DNA of 64,000 bases from Trichoplax adhaerens (Eukaryota > Animalia > Placozoa). Under the pieces are notes generated by a model, which did no database searches, was not told the origin of the DNA, and was given only the letters and a program-made list of their open reading frames with translations. The stretch spans positions 200,415 through 264,414 of the forward strand of contig NW_002060966.1 in NCBI RefSeq assembly GCF_000150275.1, read 5' to 3'. Below, piece after piece: positions 27,083 through 40,972 of the stretch. How positions within the stretch are numbered: position 1 is the stretch's first letter; each line of letters begins with the position of its first letter. Both the position numbers and the translations under genes were made by a program.

Positions 27083-27652
27083 ATGGCATCTGCTTATGTC
27101 TAACTTACTCACATAAGTATTATGATCATGGTAATGCAATTTATACAGCCTTTTCCAGTGCAAAATTGATATGAAAACAGATTACTTAATGGTAACAGAT
27201 TTTCAAATCATTGCAATCTTCAAACCAATTGGTCTTGCACAATTTCGCATAATGCTAGCTCAGCTAGTGCAGCATTAAATCCTTTTGGTATAGCTTTTAA
27301 AAAAACAACATATACTTGGACGAATGCTTTATGTCAAAACGACAATGACGGCGACGGCTTAACGAATAGTATCGCGCTTGGTGATCCTAACTGCGTTTGG
27401 AATAAGAATCGCACACCTCATCGAATCGTTAATATTACTCATCTAGGAATTTGAGATCCTGTTAAAGAGGCAAAGTGCTACGGTAAACAAGACTGGTTAT
27501 TATGTCCTTTCAAGAATGTTATCCCTCCTACTATAAAACCTGCAGGTACAACACCAATCCCAACCAATGCAACAACATCAACCAATTCTGCTTCAAGTGC
27601 TATACCATCCATCCAATCTATTTGGATAATATCTAGTTTCTCCCTAATATGA
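27083..27652 (+). pseudogene. Divergent inverted temptin-domain pseudogene (absent from ORF track)
   Basis: Single frame of 190 codons: MASAYV*LTH...QN*YENRLLNGNRFSNHC...LNPFGIAF...WTNALCQNDNDGDGLTNSIALGDPNCVW...ITHLGI*DP...CYGKQDWLLCP, then a P/T stalk and hydrophobic tail. Three internal stops, no frameshift. Confidence 0.85.
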
Positions 27653-29312
27653 TGGGTAAAAACGGACTTGTGAAACCTTTCAAAGAGTCATTATTTGAAA
27701 AGTATTCATTAATTTTCGATCAATTTTGTATTTATTATTTTCCTTTTATCGCTTTTAGTGAGCTTTATGATTGATATAAAGATAAATCATGGAAGATAGC
27801 AGCTATCATTAATAAATACTGATTCTATCACGAAAACTCTTTATAAGTAAGATTTGATCTCTTCTATGCGACAGTTTCAATTTATTGAGCCTATAACCCT
27901 TCTTGTAGCTAATATTATAATCTGTCTACTAAACTACTTCACTTTAACAGTATCTAAATTATACGAATGTCCTAGATCCTATCAATGAAATTCTTTACGT
28001 TTATCTTCGTCAACTTAAAGTAATCCATGACTTTAATCAATTTATATTTTCTGCACCTAAGCTCAAATTGAAAATGCAGCTTTGCACTTTAAATTAGCAA
28101 TTTTTAGTAATTAAATAAAATATCATGCTTCATTACATGGTATGGTAGTCATCAGCGCTACCTAAATTTCTTCATCGCAATAAATAGAATATTAAAAATT
28201 AGATATTATAATTCGTCCACAAGTTCCTTTAAATAACGGAACTTGATAATTTATCTATGTCCCGTTTATTTCTTAGCTATTTTAAAGGACCTGTTGGATT
28301 TCATATTTTCGTCTATAACGATACACTATTAATATTTCTTGCTTAATTCATATGTTATCAAACCTATGGAAGAGTTTTTGGAAGCCTTAGGAAATACAGT
28401 ATTATATCAGAAATAGTAATTAACATAATTACAAAGATTTTGTAACGATAACTAACAAAGAATTTAAAAAGCTAAATTAATTAGAAAATGCAATAAACGA
28501 GGTTAAAGCAATATAAGAATTTTTAAATTGGAATCAAGATACGTTTTAAATGTCTCATAGATCAATACTATCAGTCTACAAGCTGACAAGCGGCTATATC
28601 AATATTTCAACAGTTAGCGAATCGATCTAGTTACGATAATTGAAAAATCGATTGATATTAAATTCATTGCAAACAAGTGTAGTAAGTATAACTCGTTAAT
28701 GCAGTACGGCATCGTGCTATATTTTAAAATATATTTAGCTAGTGCATGCAGCACTTCAAGGCCGTATCATGAAATAAAGAAATAGTTCTGAATTAGTTTA
28801 TATTTTATGCTTAATAATAGACTTCAAATATAGCAGATATGAAATCCTTCTATTAGGCTTGTAGAAGACTAGGTATGCCCTACTAGAAGTATATCATCCA
28901 ACTTATTGCAGATACCTTAATATACTACGGTACTTTGGTTAATAATTTGATTGCACCTTAAATGTATGACAGAATTACCATTGTACTGTAAACTATGATT
29001 GGTAGACATTAATTCATTTATCGATGATCTTGCACTGCCAATTTTGAAGTTGTAGTACTATACTGAAATCAATGTTTTTCTTAAAATAGCGGTCAAATAT
29101 TTGAGTTGATGAATAAGCTATCGTGCTTATTAATGTCTTTCATTATATTTCGGATTTGAAATTTGGTTAACATTAATGTTACAAATTAAGCAAATGTGAT
29201 TGTATTGTACTCCACCAAAGGAATTAAATAAGCTATATATTTTCCTGAATTACTAATTTTATCTAAGGAATTTTAGTGAAAGACTTTATCTAGAGCTAGA
29301 ATAGAATTACAT

Positions 29313-29541
29313 GATACTATGAAAGTATCAATATCAATGATTTTTTGATCCTCCTTGCTAGTAATCGAAAAGTTAAATGCAAAAAATCAGAAACAAATTG
29401 CCGCCATAAAAATGAAAGTCAATCATAAATTATCACATCCACTAGCAATAAAATTTTATATTTCTGATTTTTTGCATTCAACTTTTCGATTACTAGCAAT
29501 GAGGATCAAAAAATCATTGATATTGATACTTTCATAGTATC
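29313..29541. mobile_element. Foldback / MITE-like element with 81-bp inverted arms
   Basis: 29313-29393 is the reverse complement of 29461-29541 with 2 mismatches; 67-bp spacer; no clear TSD. Confidence 0.6.
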
Positions 29542-32500
29542 GATTACTATTATCGCCACTATAAAACTAACGTGAATTACATTTTAATTATGTGCGATAC
29601 TGAGGATTGGCTACGATAGCAATTTGATACCTGTAGAGAATATAAAACATCACTATGTGTTTCTGATATATTATCGTTTATTTAAATCGGTAGCTGGATG
29701 ACGAAACACTGTGACTAAATTAAATGCTGAGATGATATGAAATGATAGAATTATTTTAAGCCAAACTATTTGTATTTCTATATTTACACTATCATCTGGC
29801 AAGGCATTTAAATATTATCATTCAATTAGTGAGCACTAGCCTTATATCGAAATTCAGCTAACGATTTAATAATAAAGTAAACGAAACAACGATTATCACC
29901 GTAGTACAAAAGTTGAACAATTTTCTTACAAAACTACGTATTTAGGTGCCACAGCAAGAATGATTTGGTAAGATTAATTGTTTACTAACATTGAATTGTG
30001 AAATTGATAATAATAAATCAAATCGTATATTGCTTTCAGATTAAACAGATTTTCTCTCATTGTATCTTGCTAACTAAACTTTGATTATTTCACGAAACCG
30101 AATTTCTGCGCTTTTATTCCATAAATTTTTGAGGGTTGTTAAATACAAAATTTGCAACGAAAATTACGTGTGAAAGTAAATTGGACAGATGTAAAATCAA
30201 TTGTTAGATTAATTTGTTCAAATGCCTCAACATTGCAATACCGTCGAATATTTTTGATATATTCTTCTGAATAATTAGTTATTATTTGATATAGAACATT
30301 GGGTGCACAGCATATTTTACTGACTAACGATGTGATTACTAGACCAGCGTAGTAACTTCACAATTTGCAGTTTCGCACATTCTACAATATATCGATTTTC
30401 ACAGAATTATGTAAAATAGTCCGAAGCTTAGTCTAGGGTGAGTTGTATAAGAAAGATTTAAATGTAGGTTATAGTCTATCGATTGCAGTTCTTACTTTAA
30501 GTAAATTTTCCTCTTATATGCACATTATTTGTCGTTATTTTATCCTATAACTGTAATTCATACTGAAACTGCTATTCTGTATTTAACCAATTTTAAACTA
30601 GACATAAATAGGGATTCATCTTGTATGCTATAAATAAGTTAAAAATAATTGAATTAATTATCTGGCGATCATCAACTGCAGCTCTTCCAGCTATTATTTA
30701 TTACCTTCCCTCAGTATTCCTGTGCCATTGTCTATTAATTATATTCTAAAAATTTTGGTCTAGATCAAGAAAAAGATTACTAAGCTTATCCTATCTTTAA
30801 ATTAAAAGCAAATAATAAAAAAGTACTTTAACTAAATTAAAATTGCATATAAAATAATTTTATTAACTATTCGTTGAGTTAGGTTAAGGACCTTCTTAGT
30901 TTAAATTTTAAAATCTTTGCAACAAAGCGCTATGAGATTTTAAATTCAGTTAAAATAAAATTTTACTTGTAATCATGACCAGAGATACAAGTTACCATCT
31001 GTAAAGCTGGATCTATATAAACTATTATGACAGTAACCTATCAACAGAAAATTAATTGCTGGGTTTATTATTGCAAAACTTTAGGAACCTTCAAGATATG
31101 TGAAACGATTGCAAAATTGCTTTTGTTGAGTTCTTAACTTTGTCTTAAATACTGACCCTTTTGTTGTCGAAAATTCGGATAATAACTTAGGATAAAATTT
31201 AAATATAAATTACTGTTGCTGCTAGAACTACATACGACAGTAGTATGAATAGTGTATAATACTGTAGTTTAAGCGTAATATTCGATTTACCAAAGATTTT
31301 GGAACAACTTGCCATTATCGGAATTAGAGTGTGAAGACGACCGTCAAAATTGTGTATAAATTAATTTTAATTTGATAATTTACTCCGTTAATCGGCATGA
31401 AAATCTTTAAAATAAAAAGTTATTGAATTAGTTTAGACCTGAAACAAATACGTGTAAGAATGGTTTTCTTTTATTAATAGTTGGTATACGTAGTTTTCTT
31501 AAACAAATAGCAAATTCCGAAAGAACTAACACCTGCATTAAATTGAAAGCAGAAATTAAATAACTGATCTGTAATAAAACCGGAAATATTAGCCATAAAG
31601 ATTTACCTATAGAATTTATATATGTACAGTATAAAAAACGGCAAGGAATAAAAGTTGCTTCAGTCCCCGATAATTGCGCTATTTTGCAGCGATATAACTA
31701 CAAGATAACTAGCACCGAATAATGATACGATGGCATCTGGAAAATAAAATAGTTAAATTATATCATAATAAGGTAAATAGCTTGTTGTTTAGTAATAGCC
31801 AGAAATTTTTGCATCTTTCAAAGCTTTACTTGGATCTCGGGCTCTTAAGAACGAGCAATTAATAATTTTAAACTTGTCAAAATAAGCTTACGGTCAATGA
31901 AAATAGTTCTATTTAGCTGCAGTACGCACACATTAAATCGATATCAAGTCAGTAAGACCTTAAGGACTATGTAATAATAGGAAAGAATAAGTCATAACGG
32001 GCCCTAATTTAATGTAAAGTAACATGCAAGCATATCTTATGTCATCTACCTCTTATATCGCATGTTTTTATGCAACTATCAGATACTAGCTATGCAATAA
32101 TCAGGTGAAACTTCTGTTTATATGTACAGCACCAATCTGAAATTAGACGTTATTGAATGCATTATTGTTGCGTAATGAATTTATATACCGTTTAGAATTT
32201 TTGATTTTAAAGTTGAATTAAAAAAATAAGATATAAAGTATGAAATATGTAGAATATTTCTTTTACTTTTTCACATGTATAAACAATCAGAACCCTATCG
32301 TAAGTAATTTACTACATTATTTACATACGTTCATTTACATTAAAGATGTTCTAAACTTCTTCATTATTCGGAAGTTTAGATTCTTATTGCTATTGTGACA
32401 ACCTAAAAAAGTTGAAATTTATCAAATAGATTGGTGGATTGCATATAATTACCAATTTCGATGTAAAAATTGGACAATGATAGCTACGTAATCATTGTCA

Positions 32501-35029
32501 AGATGATTTTATATGACAAGTTTTATGAAAGCTGGCAAGTGATGGTTTTTAACCTAAATTATTTAAATTACGAAGCACACAAAAGAGGACCGAATGCTAA
32601 TGATTCCCTCATTCTAATATTTTTATTTCAGCCACAGAATTCATACAAAACCTATATGAAGGAAAACATCGAACGCCTGGGGATTGTACGATTGTAATCA
32701 GTTCCATTTTAGTCTTTTTTATCTACGATATAATTCTAAATATAGAAATTATGCGCAGACTGTACTTGTATAAAGACTTGCGGATATATCCAAGTATCGA
32801 ATCACAATATACCATAGTAACCTTCCATAAAGACAGGAAGCGTTTAATATGTTTTACCTACGATACGACCGCAGAGTAAATAGTATTGACAATCTCAAAG
32901 TTCCCTTTTGTCCAATTTTAGCTGTTTACAATTCTCTCAACATTATTATGATCGTGATTATAAATAAAATTATTTTATAACAGTATTAAATAAATAGCGT
33001 TCTTATTGTATCTATGATAGCGAATTTTAGTATCAACTAGATTGAATGTACAAGATTAAAGTAGGTGTAAGAATTTCTTCATATAGCTGAAACTAACGGC
33101 AATTCTTTATAATCAAGAATCGCCCCTATCGTAAATACTGGTAAGATGTAAGTTTTCTCAATCTAAGCTACTCTATCACTTTCAGAAATTTTGGGCCAAA
33201 TAATTTTACGTATTGTTGCCGTCAAACACAATAGCTTTACACAAAGATAGAAAACAAATGAGAATATACTTTGCAGAAATTCCATTTACTTTATTCCTTC
33301 AATGTCAAGAATAGTAATAAAAACGTAACATCTGACAACTAATAGCATCATAATCTTAACCAGATCTATCATTTTATAATGGTAAAATGTCAATTATCGA
33401 CATTATAGAACAATTATTGCGTCGAAGATGTTATTAATAGTCGTTTTAAGATAGAAATATAGATATTGAAAATCGATAGTGTCGGTGTACCCTATCACTC
33501 TATATTATTTGCGGTATACTAATGCTTCTATGACACGATTGTAAACTAATTTTTCACTAATTGGCTAGTATGGACGAAATAATTAAGTTATGCTTTATAA
33601 AAATTACTAAGTAAACGCATTTTTTCGTATTTCCGTATAAACAGGAGGTAAATTCGCAATAAATTATTTCATATAATAAAGGCTACGTTTATGCGACTAT
33701 TTTGCAATGAAAGAATGCTGTCAATTAAAAAAACAAAACAAATGAAATTAATTTAGTATCTTCCGTACATTAAATATTGGGCCGATGCTTTTTCTATAGT
33801 ATATTAACAACCACCTACTTGATTAAATTGATTTCTTTTTTTTATTGTTTAATGCCTATTCTTGCACTACAATTTTTGATTGAATTTTAAACATCGCAAA
33901 TCTTAAATTATGAGTAGTAAATGCCAGAAATTGATAAAACTCATAGCGATTGAACGTTATAAATTTATATTAAGTTGAAAAGTTAAATCGAAGATGAGAT
34001 CTTTGTCAGGGTACTCATGACTTATAAACTTTAACTCAATTTGATGACTATTTTATTATTTATAATGACAATCACTTGAATTAAAATTAATATATAGTAA
34101 CAAGATAGTCAAAAATTACAAGTTACATTTAATCTAACTATTTGATACATGATTTTTCAGTCATTAATCACGATAACTGAAATTTAAAATTGACCGCTTT
34201 TTACCTCTCATTGATAATGTTCAAATATTTATTACTGATGCATGTTAATAGCGTTTAGAAATAAATAGACGAAGTTCTAAAGTGGTCGAAGCAATGTTAA
34301 GTTGAAACTTATTAAATAAGAACTACTTATGCAGACTACTGGATAGTGAAACTAGCAATAAGGATTGATTGAATTTGAAACACGAGCCAAGGTCATAGCA
34401 AAGTGCTGATCTTAACTATATAAATCTTTCAGTCATTTTCATCCATCATATCTATCAATTACAGTCGTGAAAAATTGTTTTTCAGAATTGACAATTCGAA
34501 CATTAAAAGACAAAATCCTCATCCAATTTATACCTAAACGGTATACTCAGAATTAAAGTTAGGCGAGATTTATGAACATAATCAATTTCAAATTTTGCTC
34601 GATTAGAACCAATACTAGCAAGTCTATGCCTATCCTAGCATATATCAATCTTCTCTGTATAGCCATAATTATACTATATCCATTTTTAATCGATTGTAAT
34701 TATTATGAAATAATTCTTAAGTAGTACGAGTAATTAATAATTTACATCGAAATAAAATTTTCTACCCATCAAGAATGATTAGAGCAAGTAAAAGATAAAT
34801 ACTTCCACAGGAAAAGAAATCTTAATTACACATGAGCTCGCCATATTTCCATATTCATTTGAAATATTTTTCGAATAAGTTGAAAATTTAGGCCAATATT
34901 CCATGGCTGGATAAGCAATCAACAATAACTAACGTTCTAGAAGAAAACTCACATGGAAGAAATTATTTTCTTCTTCTATCATTTGTTATAATATTATTTG
35001 TTTCGTTATTAATGTCAATAGGTGATCAT

Positions 35030-36055
35030 TTATCGTTCAATGGTATTATTTCGTTTTGTTCCTGATGTTGCCAATGTTGTTTCAGGTTGTTTACGTCCAG
35101 TCATTGTTTCCAATATAAAATAAAACTTCATCCTCAATGATCTCATTCTTGCAAAGAATATCAATGGATTTAATGCACTATTAAGATATAATAATGATAT
35201 AGCAAAATAGTGCAAATCATCGGGCACACAGGCAGTGCCAGCAGTCACAGGATAAACAATAAAACTAATGATACTCCAAACAGTAAAGCACAATAAGAAA
35301 TTAAGGAATAGGATAGATAATGTCAAGGTAAAACGTTTTTTAGCTCGATCCGATGAATACTGGCATGTATTTGCTGTGATAGATTCACATCTATAACGCA
35401 TTAAATCCATCTTAATTTTTCTCAAGACGGTATAAATCTTCAGATAGCATATAAATGTCGTCAATAATGGCAAACCGAAATCAATTAGCGATTCGAAAAC
35501 AGCATTAATTTGATTTGCTAAGCCTTCGTTCCAGGTTGGTAAGCAAGATCTTTCAATAATATTATAATCATAATGACTTAAACCCCAAAAAGGTAGTAAG
35601 CACATGATAATAGCAATGATCCAGACAAGAACGATGGCATAAATTGCATGCCTAGGAGCTAATTTAACTGCTGGTGATTGGCACACAACCAAATAACGAA
35701 AGATAGCCATCGCCGTCAAGGTATAAGTGGTACCAATAAAATATATACCGCTAATAAAACCATGGAAGGTACATAATTCATAACCTAAGCCATTACTATT
35801 CATGATTATATTGACTATATACAAGGGTAATCTTACGCCGCTTTGCAATAGATCTAAGCAGGTATGATTAATAACTAGATAATTAATAGCCGATTTTTTT
35901 CTCTTATCAAGAAATAATGAAATCAATAAGAATATATTTCCCACTATTCCAAAGAATCCGATGATCGCTAAATACCCCGCTCGTAATCCGATTTTCGTCG
36001 GCGATAGATCGGAAATATTTTCATAGCACGAATTACTCATTATCGGCCAGGTCAT
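35030..36055 (-). CDS. Class A GPCR, opsin/melatonin-receptor-like, intronless (341 aa)
   Basis: Seven hydrophobic segments; TM1 GN, TM2 D, TM3 C...AIFRY, TM4 W..P, EL2 Cys, TM7 NSALNPLIF. Confidence 0.9.
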   Translation of the reverse strand: MTWPIMSNSCYENISDLSPTKIGLRAGYLAIIGFFGIVGNIFLLISLFLDKRKKSAINYLVINHTCLDLLQSGVRLPLYIVNIIMNSNGLGYELCTFHGFISGIYFIGTTYTLTAMAIFRYLVVCQSPAVKLAPRHAIYAIVLVWIIAIIMCLLPFWGLSHYDYNIIERSCLPTWNEGLANQINAVFESLIDFGLPLLTTFICYLKIYTVLRKIKMDLMRYRCESITANTCQYSSDRAKKRFTLTLSILFLNFLLCFTVWSIISFIVYPVTAGTACVPDDLHYFAISLLYLNSALNPLIFFARMRSLRMKFYFILETMTGRKQPETTLATSGTKRNNTIER

Positions 36056-39000
36056 AGAGACTTTCTGTTCTACTCAATTTGCTCTTATACGTAAGATTAA
36101 TAAAATGGCTAAAAATAGACCAGTTTGCCTCTAAAAATGACAGAAAAAATATTAGATTGAACGAGCGAGCACATAATGCATTAGGAAATGAAAATTTTTA
36201 GGTAAAGCGCTAAAACAAATTGGTACTGCAATGCATTTTGAACAATTTATCGAAGAAAGCACATATAAAGGATAGTATTTATAAATGAAACGTCACGCAA
36301 TATAATCAGTAGTTAAGTAAAAGTTTCCGATCAAGTTATGAAATAACTATATATAAAGAATATCAATTAGTAAGAACTTCGAGGAAGCCATCTAATTTGA
36401 TTAAAATAAATTTATTGATTTTTAAAATGACAACTTCGAAAATAATAAAATTTACGAGTGGGAATTGCTATAAAACTATGTTTATAGATCATTTTATCTG
36501 AAATTTACACTTCCTCGACCAAAATAGATTTTGAATTTAAATTTTAAATAAAGTAGTGATGAAAATAAATACGAATAAGGAACGCGTCCGGTATACTGTA
36601 GAACACTTATAGAAAGGGGTATTGTCCTATTTCGTTTACTTTATAACTTAAACAGAAATTTTCCCACTTCCTTACGTATTATTACTACTCAATGGAAAAG
36701 TCTAATATTTTGCATATGCTATAAATTCGTTTTCACAAGTGACTATATAGGAATAACATCATAGTTGATACTTTCAGAGATATTTAATATCCCTCGATCA
36801 GAAAAATTCTCAACTAGCTTAAATAAAACATTTTTTTATCTTGGCCTTAAAACAAAGCACTAATGAAAGGAGAAAATATAATTTTAAGATAGATTTTAGT
36901 TCGTATTGTTAAAATGTTCGGAGTAACACATAATATAAAAATTGCTCATTTGCACGCATGCATTAATGATTTTGGAATTTAAAATAAAATATTTATGAAG
37001 ACGATCGCATAAGAGCATAAAATTGATTAGTATAAGCGAGTTTGTTAGAATGATGAGATTTATTACCAAAACTGAAAACTCTTTACTTACGTAAGTATTT
37101 TTTATACTAAATTTCATATATTACGTGAAAATCAGATAATGACGATCACCAATATTAGTATACGGGAACTGAAAACATTTCCAATAAAAGTAAGTCATAA
37201 ATTAAATTGAAATTTTCCTCTAATCTATCAGCTATCATACTTTAAGTATGCAGCTTATAGTATATAGAAGTGGATGGAGTTTTAATAACGCACTTAATTA
37301 CATTGTAATTATCGCTACTTTATTAGTAATTTATCTTATCAGTTTCATTAGCGCTTAATTAAAAGAAATTTTAACTTTTTTTATTGTTATTTTTACGAAA
37401 TTAAAGCTGGTATGAAACTTGAAATTTTTATTCATTCGTCATTCTTACCATAAAATTAATCTCTCAAAAGTCGAGGGTTGATCTTAGAGGATAGCAAATA
37501 ATTGGGATATGGCAGAAATTAATTGTATTGGATCAGCCCTCATCATTAATTCGTAAAAGTAACCATTACCAAATCAAACGGAAATTTGCCTGTCCACGAG
37601 CCTGTCCTACAATACTGATGGAAGTTTAATTGATGCTATACTTTATATAGCATATGTTAGCTATCAGGCGATTGAAAAGGATGGTAAAGATTCAATTGCT
37701 ATAGTAACGTCAAGGTTATCTCGTGACGTAACACAAATGCTAGGAAAAGGTCATTGATTAGCAACATAATGATGAATTGATAATAATATATTTCACTTGT
37801 CATATTAGAATCATAACAGATGTAGATAAATACCCCTCTCTTTAAATATCTCATAACTTGAATAGAAATAAGAACGAGAAATATAGAGCAAAAGAGAGAT
37901 GTGCGAAAGATATGCACATTTTTGAAGCGTGTTTTATAAAATTGTGACATTTAGATAAATAATCGTTATTCTTATAGTCATTCTTAGTATAATATTAGCA
38001 ATGGTCAACTTAAAAGATACCAGAATTAGATAATTTCAGGCTAATTCATTTGAAGTAATACGGTAAGCTGAGCATAAGGATATGATTTTAACACTGTAAT
38101 ATTTCAACAGTAAACGTAAAATAATACTACTACAATAACATTATATGCACCTAAAGTACTGCAAATTTCGCTCAAATTTATATCTTATCTTGAAAATCAG
38201 TTATTATTTCATTGTGTGCCTATTGAAAAACATTTCAAAGAATGTATATAATCGTATTGGCTCAAAATAATGGTTAAGAGGGTATCACTCATCTTTATTC
38301 TCTATAAAATAAAAATTCTATTGAAAACACTCATTCAAGGAATGGAGTATTATTTAAATTTTATGCAATCTATTTTATTACGTTGATATCAATTCCTAAA
38401 CAGCCACATTATTATATCTAACTTGGCGAGTTCGTTGTTATTAGATACGGATAGATGAGAAAATTCGCAAAGAGGAATTTGATTATGCGTACATTAATAG
38501 CTTTCTATTTTTATGTGACGATGCAATACGATATTCATGCAATGGCTGATTTCGGTTTTATAGGACAATTTTTGATAAGATAGTTCCCTAAAATAAGTTC
38601 TATTTATTGAGGTTTCAGCCAATTTACGCAACTAATCCAATATTTTTTAATACCTATCGTTGGCAAACAGTCATTATCGATTTGTGATAATTTTTCGTAA
38701 TTATATAAACAATCATTTCATCTTAGAACAAAGGGTATTTTTAAATTTACATAAAGGGATGATCAAATCATTACCAAGGCGACTGCGAATTTTATTGGAA
38801 GTACACTGAACGGTTTATATTATTTAACGGTAATCGAAAATTAAATAATTTGGATTTAATAGCAACATCCAATTTTCTCTTTAATTTCGCTTAGAAATAA
38901 TTCAATAAAATCAATTTGTTCTGGCGCATACATATATACGTATATTGTTAGCAACAGCAAATGATGTTACTTTTGCTACGTTACTTTAGTTAATCTTAGG

Positions 39001-40399
39001 TCTCTATTATCCGCTTCGATATTAAATTTGTGTCACAAAACAGCTTTGCAACAAGATAACGTAATATACGATCAATAAGTCAATTCCTTGAACCACGTAT
39101 CAAGGAACGATATCTGCACTATCACAAACACTTTTGCTCTACTAGCAGACTACACAAAGACTTAGACGCCTCGTATTTTACGTTAAACACTAAGTTTGAG
39201 AATCCTTTTTATTACACGATTTACTGCATTTATATATTATTCTTCAATAGCTCATGAGTCGTAGTTAATACAATTAACCTCGGAATCATTTACTGGATTA
39301 AATATTAATTTTAGCTACTGCTCCCTTAATGCAGACAACAGTATTTACGAACATAGACATGTAATGACTAATACAGAATAGTCAGATTACGATATGTCCT
39401 ATCACGGAACATTTCCATGATAATTTACAATCTACTATAACTAAATTACAATCACAATGATTCGAACTGTAAGTAGATGATTTGCATTCCTTATTATAAC
39501 TATTAATTTCAGTATATGTATAAGTGTCACTGTGATAAAAAGTCAGTGCTATATTAAAACACAGTATATCCAAATTACAAGTTAACTAAATAAGGATAGG
39601 CTAACAGAATTATTCTAACATAGGTATTTTTACTGTAATACAGTATATAACACTGTAACAATCTGTAAATATATCTTTTACGAGATGTGTAAGACTCACT
39701 CTTTCTTGAAGCATTCATAAAATTTTAAAACGGAGCATCCATTAGCATTTAAGGGTAATTTCTTGTTTTACTTCAAAACTCATCAATATTCCTGCAGTCG
39801 GGGATCTGCATAGATAATATAATTTACGGAACGCTATAGTGTTTCCTTATTCTGTTCCATGGTCTTCTAATACTTAGACTAATATCGAGAAAATGATCAA
39901 ATCTAGAATACTTCATTTATGGAAAATTAATCATTTTTAGATAAAAATGGATAATTTAATTCATAGTCTAGATATAAATTTACGTAGATGTCGTAGGCTT
40001 AATTGGATTATTAATGAATGACACAACTGTCACTAAACAACTTTCGTAATCGTACCTAAACTAGTCTATCTACTCTTACGGTTCTCCGACTAACTCCGAG
40101 ATCTTCAGTAAGGGAAAACTAACTTATTCCTATACTATAGTAATCGAGTCAAACGATAGGTTTAGGCTAATAAATATATTTATTAGTAGCCCATTTACGT
40201 TAGTACCAGTGTACACTACGTTAGCCTTAGTGGAACTGAGATAAAAAATTAATAATCAAGCTTATATACTGTCACGTTCTGTAATAGTTACATAATTAGT
40301 ATGTTACCTTCTTTCTATATATGGTTAAATATCACGATGTTATCATGTCATGCATATATAGATGTAGTTATGGTACTATATTAAGCTTATCTATATATA

Positions 40400-40972
40400 T
40401 GTTACGGCCATTCCTAAGAATGATTTTGTCCTTAAGATTGGTCACGGCCAATGCTAAGACTCCGGCCATTCCTAGGAATGGCCGGCGACGACTGCGGCCA
40501 TTCTTAAGAATGACCGCCAATTCCTAGGAATGACCGGCGACGACTGCGGCCATTCCTAAGAATGACCGGTCATTCCTAGGAATAATGGATCATCCCTAAG
40601 ATTGGCCGGAAATTCTTAATGCATAAGAAATTATCTCATTGATGAATTCTTGAATTAAAGAACTGATAAATAAAAATTATTCTTTAAAATTCCATTCCCA
40701 AAATTTTATTGTTAAAAAAATTCTCTAATGCATAAGAAATATATATTCTCATGTTGCCATACTTGGCATGATATTCTATTTGTAATGTCTAAACTAGAGA
40801 AACCTTTCTGTTAGTGATGATCTTGTGATCTACGTCAGTAGATCAAAGGTCACAATAAAGAAAGTATATAAACTCTTTATTTTAACAATAAAGTTAGTTC
40901 TTCAACTTAATTACTGGGTCTCCTTGCTGAGTGCAGATCTAGTACTTGTTACAAAATTTGGAAGTTGTAACA
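40400..40972 (+). mobile_element. Probable solo LTR (573 bp)
   Basis: Starts TGTTAC and ends GTAACA, flanked by TATA on both sides (4-bp TSD). Internal TATATAAA at 40865 and AATAAA at 40887. Confidence 0.65.
40405..40610. repeat. GC-rich cluster of palindromic units (ggccattcctaggaatggcc variants)
   Basis: Perfect 24-bp palindrome CCGGCCATTCCTAGGAATGGCCGG at 40462-40485 plus several variant copies, two linked by GGCGACGACTGC. Confidence 0.85.

Noticed and set aside
27452-27454. TGA at a conserved Cys position (possible selenocysteine)
   Set aside because: The same frame has a TAA and another TGA upstream and no SECIS was recognised; simple pseudogenisation is more likely.
40321-40527. 68-aa ORF with repeated LRPFLRM
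   Set aside because: Translation of the palindromic repeat crossing the LTR boundary.
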